NCBI GenBank assembly: GCA_934747805.1
Contig: CAKVHC010000001.1
Coordinates: 22,286 to 86,285 of the forward strand
DNA length: 64,000 nucleotides
Reading direction: 5' to 3'
DNA from: an uncultured Clostridia bacterium
Lineage (GTDB): Bacteria; Bacillota; Clostridia; Christensenellales; UBA1242
Part shown: positions 18,540-27,600 of the stretch, piece after piece
Numbering within the stretch: position 1 is the stretch's first letter
How the letters are laid out: every line of letters starts with the position of its first letter
Notes under the pieces: generated by a model
What the model saw: the letters and a program-made list of their open reading frames with translations, nothing else
What the model was told of the DNA's origin: nothing
Database searches by the model: none
Translations under genes and position numbers: made by a program

Positions 18540-19214
18540 TTATATACCTAATCTTGTTCTTAATTCCATTGATAGGATTTCACCATTATATGTAAAAACA
18601 TCAGTGCCTGCAACATGTCTATTTTTGCTGCCACGTTGCACATTCAATTCTCCAGCTAATCCACTCAGAGAATATTGTTTCCCTTCATATTCAACTTTTG
18701 TTTCAGATATAACTATACATTTTATTGTTGGATCTTTTGTGTAAACAAGCTCAGCGTCAATTGGAATTCCATATTCAGAAAATGTAAGTTTTTTCCTAGT
18801 CCTTTCATAGTGTCTTTTAATCTCACCAGCTTCTTTTGTTTGTTTTCTCTGTTCTTGAGTTGGAGCAATGCGTTTTAAGTTCTTCAATAGACCATTTATC
18901 GATGCAATGTCTTCTAGCGTTTGATATGCATCTTCAGCACTCATAATATAAAACTCTCTTTTGCGTTGTTTACCATTATTATTTTCAATTGCTTTTAACC
19001 CTGGGTTAAATCTATCAATTATTGCATGGACTTTTTTATCAGTTAAACGCTCAGCTACTTTATAAGTTGCATATACCTGGAAAGAAAAAGGAATGCATTC
19101 ACTTCTATTTAGTTGTGTTAATCTTTCATCAACATCACTTGCATAACCAATTTTCACATATTCCGGGAAAGATGGGTTTGTTAAAATGTAAATATATCCA
19201 GCAGTTTCTTCCAT
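18540..19214 (-). CDS. GIY-YIG / T5orf172-type nuclease-domain protein with a DUF4357-like C-terminal domain
   Basis: GYIYILTN...YVKIGYA...RL..LN... at the N terminus. The C-terminal region YEGKQYSLSGLAGELN...FTYNGEIL is of the kind often seen in type I R-M operons. SD GGAGG lies before the ATG at 19214. Confidence 0.7.
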   Translation of the reverse strand: MEETAGYIYILTNPSFPEYVKIGYASDVDERLTQLNRSECIPFSFQVYATYKVAERLTDKKVHAIIDRFNPGLKAIENNNGKQRKREFYIMSAEDAYQTLEDIASINGLLKNLKRIAPTQEQRKQTKEAGEIKRHYERTRKKLTFSEYGIPIDAELVYTKDPTIKCIVISETKVEYEGKQYSLSGLAGELNVQRGSKNRHVAGTDVFTYNGEILSMELRTRLGI

Positions 19215-19325
19215 AAAGACCTCCAATCTATGACAATTATAACATAAAAAATCTGTAAATTGTATTTAATTTACAATATTTTATAAGAAAAATATTTTTC
19301 CTTAGAAAATGTGGTGAAAAATTAT

Positions 19326-19430
19326 TCTCTCCAGTTAATGCAATAAAACTGTATTTTCTGGAGAAAAACATATAATTTTTATGCTTATTTGCTCCAGATA
19401 ATTGAGTTTTATACAACTTTCTGGAGCAAA
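19326..19430. promoter_or_regulatory. Two inverted-repeat pairs CTCCAG-N23-CTGGAG in the divergent intergenic region
   Basis: TCTCCAG (19328-19334) and CTGGAGA (19358-19364). TTTGCTCCAG (19388-19397) and CTGGAGCAAA (19421-19430). Both pairs have exactly 23-nt spacers. Confidence 0.5.
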
Positions 19431-19501
19431 TCGTATATTTCTCAAAATGACTTGCAAAAGAAATATATTTACGGTAAAACACAAACACCTGGAGGTGGAT
19501 T

Positions 19502-20059
19502 ATGAAAGCGAGATTTGTTTGTGATATTTCTAATGCAAGATTAGCAAGAAATAGAATTGATAGGAGCGAAGGATTTGTAGCTAAGTTTGTAGTTGAAAGA
19601 GTGGTATATTTGGCAAGAGATTATTTTATATATTTTAGAGAACATTTGCTAGAAGATAACCCTAATATCGTTGCACATAAACACGAAATGTATATTGATA
19701 ACAAAGGCTGTTTTTATGTAATTATGTTTTGTTGTTTACATAGTGACATTATGCTTTTGGTTTACAGCGATGACAAAGAATATGCCAAGTATGTTTCTAT
19801 AATTTCAAATGGAGGTGAAAAAGTTGAACAACGTTTTACAACTAGTAAAAGATACACTAAAAACGAAAAACTCAGCACAGAAGAACAACTGCAACTAACT
19901 AAAATTTGCGAATTAGAAGATGAGTTCGTAAAGAATTTTTCAAAAGAAAAATGGCGAGAGTATTTTAATTTAGACATAGAAAAAGGTCAACTTGTAAATC
20001 TAAAAATTGACCATGTTATTGAAACTACCTACAAAGTTTGTAAAGAATTACTCAAATAA
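19502..20059 (+). CDS. Hypothetical protein (185 aa), no recognisable domain
   Basis: SD GGAGGTGG lies before the ATG. The C-terminal half looks helical and charged. It lies upstream of the dam/DGQHR pair. Confidence 0.5.
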   Translation: MKARFVCDISNARLARNRIDRSEGFVAKFVVERVVYLARDYFIYFREHLLEDNPNIVAHKHEMYIDNKGCFYVIMFCCLHSDIMLLVYSDDKEYAKYVSIISNGGEKVEQRFTTSKRYTKNEKLSTEEQLQLTKICELEDEFVKNFSKEKWREYFNLDIEKGQLVNLKIDHVIETTYKVCKELLK

Positions 20060-20147
20060 AGTGTTGAATTTATAAAAAATTTATAATAATTTGTGATTAT
20101 AGTGCAAAAATTGTATTTTTGTGCTATAATTTTTTTAGGAGAAAATT

Positions 20148-20972
20148 ATGATTACACCCTTTTTAAGATGGGCTGGTGGTAAACGCTGGTTAATTAACGA
20201 AGTAAATGATTTAATAAGAGGCTACGAATTTAATAATTATTATGAGCCTTTTCTTGGTAGTGCTGCAATTTTTTTTAATATTGAAGCTTCTTTCACTAAA
20301 TGTTATCTTAATGATATAAATAATGAGTTAATCTTAACCTATAAACAAGTTAAAGAAAATAAGAACTCTGTTATTAAATATTTAAAACAATTTCCGAATG
20401 AAAAAGATTTTTATTATGATATCAGAAAAAAACGATTTAGAAGTTTAAGTAAGCAAGCTGCTCAATTCATCTATCTAAATCACACCTCCTATAATGGTAT
20501 TTATAGGGTTAATAGTAAAGGCGAATATAATGTTCCTTTTGGGTATAAAAAGAACTACACAATCGATGAACAATCTCTCAATACATGTTCTGAAAAGTTG
20601 CAAAATTCAGTTCTATCTTCAGGTAACTTTACATGCTTTGTAGATCAAATCCAAGAAGGAGACTTAATCTTTCTAGATCCGCCATATACTGTTTCACACA
20701 ACAATAATGGTTTTATAGAATATAATAAAAACTTATTTTCATTAGAAGATCAAATAAGATTGAGTGAATTTATAGATAAAATAAAAGAAAAAAGGGCTTA
20801 TTATATATTAACAAATGCTGTCCACAAAAAAATTGATGAAATATTTGATAAAGGCGATTACAAATATATCCTTAATCGATCTAGCACTATAGGTGGAAGA
20901 AATGCAAAGCGAGGACAAATAGAAGAATATTTATTTACTAATATTAAAAGGAGAAATTCTAGTGATAATTAA
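20148..20972 (+). CDS. dam: Dam-family (D12 class) N6-adenine DNA methyltransferase
   Basis: N-terminal PFLRWAGGKRWL, EPFLGSAAIFF, and catalytic DPPY at 20676-20687. SD AGGAG is present. Confidence 0.9.
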   Translation: MITPFLRWAGGKRWLINEVNDLIRGYEFNNYYEPFLGSAAIFFNIEASFTKCYLNDINNELILTYKQVKENKNSVIKYLKQFPNEKDFYYDIRKKRFRSLSKQAAQFIYLNHTSYNGIYRVNSKGEYNVPFGYKKNYTIDEQSLNTCSEKLQNSVLSSGNFTCFVDQIQEGDLIFLDPPYTVSHNNNGFIEYNKNLFSLEDQIRLSEFIDKIKEKRAYYILTNAVHKKIDEIFDKGDYKYILNRSSTIGGRNAKRGQIEEYLFTNIKRRNSSDN

Positions 20973-23196
20973 TCAAGCTCTAGACTTAAGTACAGATCAA
21001 AAAAAGTTATTGACAAATGTAAAACAAAAGTTTATTCGCAAAACAATTTTAAAAGAAGAAATTTCTAATTATGAAGAGCAAGGATATGTTGTATCTTCAA
21101 AACAAAAATCAAAAGCAATTGTAAAAAAATTAAAACCAGAAATTGAACTTGGTTATTATGAGTTTGTTCAATTGTTTTGTGAAATGGGTTTTAAAATTAT
21201 TCCCAATTTGCCACATTCTTTTAATGATGAGACAAAAGATATATCTGATTTTAGTTTTATCGCAGAAGATAATGAATGTATTTTAATTTGCTATTACTTA
21301 TATTCTTATGCAAAAAAAGAAATAAGTTGTTTTGAACAAGTCTTAGAAAATATCAGATCAAATTATGGAGAATTATTAAAAGAACTTAGAAAAATATTTA
21401 CTGGCAATAAAAAATTTAAGGTTATCATTTGCACAAAAAACTACGCCATTTCTAAAAGTGATATTTCCTTTATTGGTGAACAGAAATATTTTTATATCGA
21501 TGATGATAGATTAGAATATTATAACAATTTAAACAAGCATCTCGGCAACGCATCAAAGTATCAATTATTGGGAAATCTGTTCTCAGGACAAAAGATTGCA
21601 AACTTAGATGAAGTAATACCTGCCATACAAGGCAAAATGGGAGGATTAACATATTATTCTTTTTCTATAGAACCAGAAAAACTATTAAAAATAGGATACA
21701 TACTTCATAGGACAGATGCGAATAGAAATGATATGCCAACATATCAAAGACTTATTAGAAAATCAAGATTAAAACAAATAGAAACTTTTATTAATAATGG
21801 TGGTTTCTTTCCTAACTCTGTTATTATAAGCATTGATACAAATAAAAAAGGGTTAACTTTCTCTCTTTCTAGTTTGCAAGACGAAACTTCAATCTCAAAA
21901 ATAGGTCTACTAAAACTACCTCAAAGATATAAGTCTGTTTATATTATTGATGGACAACATCGTCTTTATGGTTATGCAAACACACAATATAAAGAGACAA
22001 ACACCATACCTGTAGTTGCCTTTTTGGATCTTGCTAAAAATGATCAGATAAAGCTTTTTATGGAGATTAATGAAAATCAAAAATCAGTATCGAAAAATCT
22101 TAGAACAACACTAAATGCGGATCTATTATGGGATTCTGAAAATCCAACAGAAAGAAACACGGCTCTTTTCTCAAGAATTGCTCAGGAATTAGGAGAAAAT
22201 ACAGATTCTCCTTTATTTGATAGAGTTATTATTGGTGAAAATAATAAAACAGACAAGTGTTGTATTACATTAGATACAATTAGGGATGCTTTGGATAAAT
22301 CTGGTCTGTTTAATAAATATAAAGGATCAGAAATTGAGCGTTCTGGTATTTGTGATTTAAATAATAATGATAAAAACTTTGACAATATATTTGCTTTATT
22401 AGTTAGTTCTTTTAAATATATTAAACAAAATGACATTGAAAATTGGAATAAATCAGAAGATGAAAACAAATGGGTATACAATATTTCAATTTACGGAATT
22501 ATAAGAATTATTTCTGACATATCTAATATCTTATTAACAACTAATCTATATAATCAAGACAAAATTAATGAACATTTTGAAGATTTTAAACCTTATCTAG
22601 ATGCAATAATTCAAGGTGTAAATGATTTGAATGACGAGCAGAAGAAAGATTTAAAAACTTCTTATGGTGGCGGAGGCCGAATTAAGTATTGGAGAACATT
22701 ACAAGGTTTTATTTTAAGTAAATTCCCAAATATTATTTTTGATGGATATGAGGAGTGGCAAAAAAATAATACAAAACAATTTAATACCCAAGCATTTTCT
22801 TTAATAAGTGATATCGAATCATATTTAAATGAAAAAGTAAAAGAAAAATTAGTTTCTGAATTTGGTAAAAAATGGATGATAAATGGCATCCCTAAAGCTG
22901 TTATGCAAAAAATCAGAGATTTAAAAACGGAAAAAGAATATGAAGAGCCAGATATTGAAATAGATGAGTGGGATTGTTTGCACCTTATAGACTATAGAGA
23001 CATTATGATAAATAATTGGCAAAACATTTTTGATAAGGATTATTCCGATCCTTTCGTTAAAGGACGTTCAAAAAAAGATAAAACCGAATGGTTGGTAAAT
23101 TTAAATAGAATAAGAAATAATGTAGACCATAATAGAAGTGTTTCTGAAGAAGATTTCAAATATTTAAACAACATTCATAATTGGCTTATAAAGTAG
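20962..23196 (+). CDS. DGQHR-domain (DndB / ParB-Srx-like) protein with an unassigned N-terminal domain and a C-terminal HEPN-like Rx4H motif (744 aa)
   Basis: YIIDGQHRLYGY (21949-21963 encodes DGQHR), then FMEINENQKSVSKNL. C-terminal WLVNLNRIRNNVDHNRSV (R716/H723, 23107-23130). A GTG start after AGGAGA overlaps the dam stop by 11 nt. Confidence 0.8.
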   Translation: MIINQALDLSTDQKKLLTNVKQKFIRKTILKEEISNYEEQGYVVSSKQKSKAIVKKLKPEIELGYYEFVQLFCEMGFKIIPNLPHSFNDETKDISDFSFIAEDNECILICYYLYSYAKKEISCFEQVLENIRSNYGELLKELRKIFTGNKKFKVIICTKNYAISKSDISFIGEQKYFYIDDDRLEYYNNLNKHLGNASKYQLLGNLFSGQKIANLDEVIPAIQGKMGGLTYYSFSIEPEKLLKIGYILHRTDANRNDMPTYQRLIRKSRLKQIETFINNGGFFPNSVIISIDTNKKGLTFSLSSLQDETSISKIGLLKLPQRYKSVYIIDGQHRLYGYANTQYKETNTIPVVAFLDLAKNDQIKLFMEINENQKSVSKNLRTTLNADLLWDSENPTERNTALFSRIAQELGENTDSPLFDRVIIGENNKTDKCCITLDTIRDALDKSGLFNKYKGSEIERSGICDLNNNDKNFDNIFALLVSSFKYIKQNDIENWNKSEDENKWVYNISIYGIIRIISDISNILLTTNLYNQDKINEHFEDFKPYLDAIIQGVNDLNDEQKKDLKTSYGGGGRIKYWRTLQGFILSKFPNIIFDGYEEWQKNNTKQFNTQAFSLISDIESYLNEKVKEKLVSEFGKKWMINGIPKAVMQKIRDLKTEKEYEEPDIEIDEWDCLHLIDYRDIMINNWQNIFDKDYSDPFVKGRSKKDKTEWLVNLNRIRNNVDHNRSVSEEDFKYLNNIHNWLIK

Positions 23197-23372
23197 AACT
23201 GCACCCAAACGGTAGAATTGCTCAAAAGTGCACCAAATCGTCACCGCGATTTTGGTTAGGATTGATTAAAAGATAGTCAATTTGATTGAGAATTCCTGTC
23301 GAATTAAGTATAATTTTAATGATAATTAATAAAATGAGTGATAGAAAGGTGATTTTAATGATTTTCCATTGT

Positions 23373-23415
23373 TCCTAAGATTTAGTTGCAGGTTCGAGTC
23401 CTGCTGGGGTCACCA
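23373..23415 (+). pseudogene. 3' half of the disrupted tRNA-Arg(CCT) gene
   Basis: TCCTAAG-ATTT (anticodon stem 3' strand GATTT)-AGTT-GCAGG-TTCGAGT-CCTGC-TGGGGTC-A-CCA. A hairpin terminator follows at about 23424-23455. Confidence 0.8.
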
Positions 23416-23630
23416 CAAAAAAAATAAAGAGAGACAAAATACAAACTCTCTTTTTTGTTGGAATTACGGTTTCTCATTTGAGCATTACTCTGTTATACGA
23501 CGAGTGCCATACACTAAATGCTAAGTGCTCTATAAAATAGCTATGGGAAAAGAACGCCTTGCTTGATTAAAAAAATGCAATATCACGACTAGTTTTTATG
23601 TCATGCGTTTTAGTCCGAATTCGCTTTTTC

Positions 23631-24452
23631 CTATCCTTCTAGTTTCTCAGCCTTTCTCTTTGCAAAAAGATCCTTAACCTTTTTTCTGCTTTCATTTTGT
23701 TCCTTTCTAGCTTTAAATGTTGCAAGCAAATCCAATAAGACTGCGTACAACAATTTAAAACTATCTGCACACTCTTCTTCTGTCAAAGAATGTATGCCTT
23801 CGCTCAACAGACTAAACAAAGGATTATAAATGTCGTCATCAATAGGCAAATAATCTTTTATTATTTTGATTTTTTCATCCGTTCTCTTTTTAACAAACTC
23901 AGCATAATCGAGTCCAATTTCCGTCTGATTGTCTTTAAAAATATTTTTGATCAAATTTTCAAATACTCTTCGCATGTAAGTAAATGCCGCAACGAAATAG
24001 CCTTCTCCTGCACATACATTTGCCTTTTGAATTTCTTTAAAATACTCAGTGTCTATAATCTTACTTTTTTGGAATTGTTTTAACTCGTCTCTGCTCACAT
24101 CAGATAGCGAAGGATATTGAGCAATCTTCATCATAGAATTATCAATAAACAGAAACTCCACATAAATCTTTTTAAAGCAGCTTGGACATAGGTACGTTAT
24201 GGAAATAATATCGTCATAGTATGCGTTCGAATTAGGTGTTCGTTGAAAATATCCCATTAATCGATTTGTGCTTTTTTCTTTATATATAAAAGTCTTGTTT
24301 GCTCGACAATTAGAACAATATAAATCAAGCCCAGACAAAAGTGAAGTATAATTACTGATTTCTATTTTTTCATCTACTGATAATTCTATTTTTGAGTACA
24401 ACGCCCCATTCATTATAAAATCGCAAATTGCATTCTTTTTTTCGCTGTTCAT
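23631..24452 (-). CDS. Zn-ribbon protein with a DUF4145-like C-terminal helical domain
   Basis: CSNC...CPSC at the N terminus. The C-terminal region GYFVAAFTYMRRVFENLIK...EKIKIIKDYL...LFSLLSEGIH...FKLLYAVLLDLL resembles DUF4145 as I recall it. The SD AAGGAGGAAG is strong. Confidence 0.45.
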   Translation of the reverse strand: MNSEKKNAICDFIMNGALYSKIELSVDEKIEISNYTSLLSGLDLYCSNCRANKTFIYKEKSTNRLMGYFQRTPNSNAYYDDIISITYLCPSCFKKIYVEFLFIDNSMMKIAQYPSLSDVSRDELKQFQKSKIIDTEYFKEIQKANVCAGEGYFVAAFTYMRRVFENLIKNIFKDNQTEIGLDYAEFVKKRTDEKIKIIKDYLPIDDDIYNPLFSLLSEGIHSLTEEECADSFKLLYAVLLDLLATFKARKEQNESRKKVKDLFAKRKAEKLEG

Positions 24453-24604
24453 ACTTCCTCCTTACTGGCTATATTCTACCATAGTTTTCATGAAAATGAA
24501 ATAGGTAAATGCGTTTTTTATAATTAAATTTTATATAAATCCTTTCGATTTATTTAGTCAATTTCGAGCTAACAAAAAATCACGGGCGTTTCCGTGATTT
24601 TTTA

Positions 24605-27600
24605 CTACTTGGCATATGCCCAAACTGCACTAAATACTGTGTCGCCAGTTATTGTAAAACCTTTCAATACATCACACGACTCAGTGTCTGGCTGAGTGGC
24701 CAATTTGTTGTAAGACAACTGTCGTGGTCCAGTAACGCTCCATGTATGTAAGTTAAAAGCATATTCTTTTCTAATATACGCACCAGTATATGCATAAATA
24801 CACGATGTGGTATATTTGGTTAAATCAATATAAGTGCCTTGTAGTACTTTAAATGGTTGGCTAGGAATATTTGCTGCCTTTACACATTCAGTACGAATAA
24901 ACCATTTTCCAAGGGTCTTTTTATCGTTTTCCCAAGTTGCCGGCTTAACGAAATCTACACAGAACGATACAGTATAATATTTTCTCACATCAACAGTCCA
25001 ATCAGCCTGCAAAGTTGTATCTTCTTTCGGCATAGAAAAAGTTTCAGTGTTTTCGACTCTGTTTTCACCTATGTAATAGCCATTAAACGTGTAATCAATA
25101 CGTTCAATCTCTTTTCCATCATCATAAAAGTAAGTCGACTGTTGTGGAATCTTAATCATTTCGCCTTGATAAATCGTTTGAACGGTGTTTAAAACCGTAC
25201 CATAAGCGGATTTAATTGTCAAGGTGTAGCGATTGCGGATGTAAATCTTTACATCTGCACTTGGCATTGTGAACGCATCAAAGTCCACAAGTTCTGTGAA
25301 ATTTGCATCTAAGTAATAGAGTGTGGATTCAACCAGTCGTGCATCGCTGATCGCTGGTTTAACTCCTTCTACCACATAATGTGAGTAGATATTTTCATCG
25401 CCGTCAATTATTTCTAGCAAATAGCTTTCTTCAGCCTTAACGACCATCCACTTTGCATACAATGTCACACTGTCGTTTGGCATAGTCTTTGAATTAAACA
25501 CATTGTTAAATTCAGCATCAACATACCAGCCGTCAAATCGTTTGGTGTAAGTTATATTGCCAATTTTTTCGACTAATGGTTGGTCATATTGTGGCAATTC
25601 CAATTCCGCCCCAACCAGTGAAGTAATGTCTGCAATTGCTTCTCCGCCGTTAGTTACGAAACTAATTGTCACATAGTTAACAGACGCTATCTCCCACTTT
25701 GCATAAAGCAATGTGTCACGTCGTGGCATAATGTTCTGATTGTATTCGCTGTCCGAGTCGAAAGACTTGGTTGTATACCAGCCAGCGAAAGTATGATACG
25801 TTCTTTCACTAGCGGTATCAACGAAATAATCATTAAGCGTTGGCAAGGTCAATTCGCTGCCTGCCACTCCCTTGATGTCGGCAATTTTTTCAGAGCAGTT
25901 CGTTTCAAAACTTAATAAGAACTCACGTTGACTACTTAAGTTCCAATCTCCGTCATACGCATCCCAGGCTGAACCTTCGCTTAAACCAGCGTTGGCAGAT
26001 GTGAAATCGTACATTTCTTGCATATCTGTTTTAGCGCCAATATTGACAAGGTTGAGATTGTCTGATTTTAGAACAATATTAACACTAGAAGCCAGGTCAA
26101 TATTCATGTCCACTGTGAGTCCGCCCACAATCTTGTCGCCATTATAGTTCTGAGTTCTAACGCCAACAGTCATATTGCCCAGTTTATCGTCTTCGACAAG
26201 TTCTTGCAAGTTGATAACCAGCTCATAATAATTCTCAGTTGCGCTGAATCCTTTCAGTACATTGCTGTAATCGAGTGGATTCTGGCGTTCTTTGTTCACA
26301 AGTTTGTTGATTTCAGCCATAATCTTTTCACTGAAACCGAATCCGTATTGCAAAATATAATACAAAGGGTCATCAAGTAAGGTGTCAACATGAATCTTCA
26401 TTTTCTTTTCGTACAATCTGTCTGCTTGGAACACTGTCGTTGGCACAGTTTCAGATCTGTACAAATATACCATATTGTCTTTGATATAAATGTGGAGTAT
26501 TCGATTCAATCCAGAATAGATGCCGCTTGTGACATTGCCCACTTTGAATGGAACGTCATCATTGACACCTGGCACAACAGGAATAGCTCCAAGTCGTGCG
26601 CTGGCTTCAAACTCGTTGCCGCCCAACAGTTTGACTTTGACATTGACAGGAATGTTCCAATCGATGTTGATTCCAACCACGTTGAGTTTCAAGTTAATTG
26701 AGCCGTCAATCTCAAAATCTGTAAACTGTTTACTATTTGCCAATGCGTCAATCAGATTTTCCACACCAGACAAATCAATGTAGTCCGCAGCAGGAGCACT
26801 CGCAATAGGTGTAAATTCTTGCAAAGCAATTGACACGCTGTCAACTTGGTTGTTGGCAATTGTCAAGTCCTTTACAACCAGACTAGTTAGGCTGTCGGCA
26901 TCATAATCCACATCCAATTTGAGAGTGTGGATTTCGTCCAAGTCAAGTCCTAAATCTGTCAAATCTACAACAATCGCTATATTAGAATCGGTGATAGACA
27001 GTTTTTCAATCATCTCAATCTTAAACTTATTCAATATTTCATCAATGTTAAATCCGTCAATCATTTGAGTGATTTTTTGAATATCTATGTCGCCCATCTC
27101 CACATTCAATAGTTCGCTAACTGCACTAATGAGTTGGCCTATATTGTCGCCGCCAATCTTGGCGTACATTTTGTTGTATCGAATGTAAAGCCCGTTGTCT
27201 ATGAATGTGATCTCAATCGAGTGTTGGTTAGTCACCGTGCTGTATGGGTTTTGTGCACGCACTCCGTTCGTGTACTCAAACTTTTCAGTTATTGTCGTCA
27301 CTTCAAAGTTGATATATGCACGCATTTTGTTTATGTTAAATTTGTTTTTGCCGTTTTCAATTGTGTAAGCATCTTTCCATTCAAAGCGTGCGTTACTTCC
27401 GTCCAGCATATGAATGGTTGTGACCACTGCCTTTAGCGGATTGTCTCTTGCATCTCTTTGCACTGAACTATGTACAATATCTGTTTTCAGTCCAAATGCA
27501 ATCTGCTTGTTATCCACAACTTCAATCGCAGTGTTCAAAACGCTATTGATAACGTCTTGCAAAGAATCTAAACTACAATATATGCTTTCGTCAGCCATTT

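Noticed and set aside
19237-19488. An 83-aa minus-strand ORF covers the divergent intergenic region.
   Set aside because: It has no SD, and its reading frame runs through the CTCCAG/CTGGAG inverted repeats and promoter-like AT-rich DNA. It is most likely non-coding.
23372-23415. I first read the tRNA-like 3' fragment as the displaced native 3' end of the intact tRNA-Arg at 6220-6296, or as a tmRNA 3' end.
   Set aside because: Its acceptor strand TGGGGTC has three mismatches with the 5' strand GTGGCTA of the intact gene. A tmRNA would need a 5' GGGG... partner and a G3-U70 pair, and about 300 nt of upstream structure is absent. It pairs perfectly with 6055-6061 (GACCTCA) instead, which led to the split-tRNA interpretation.
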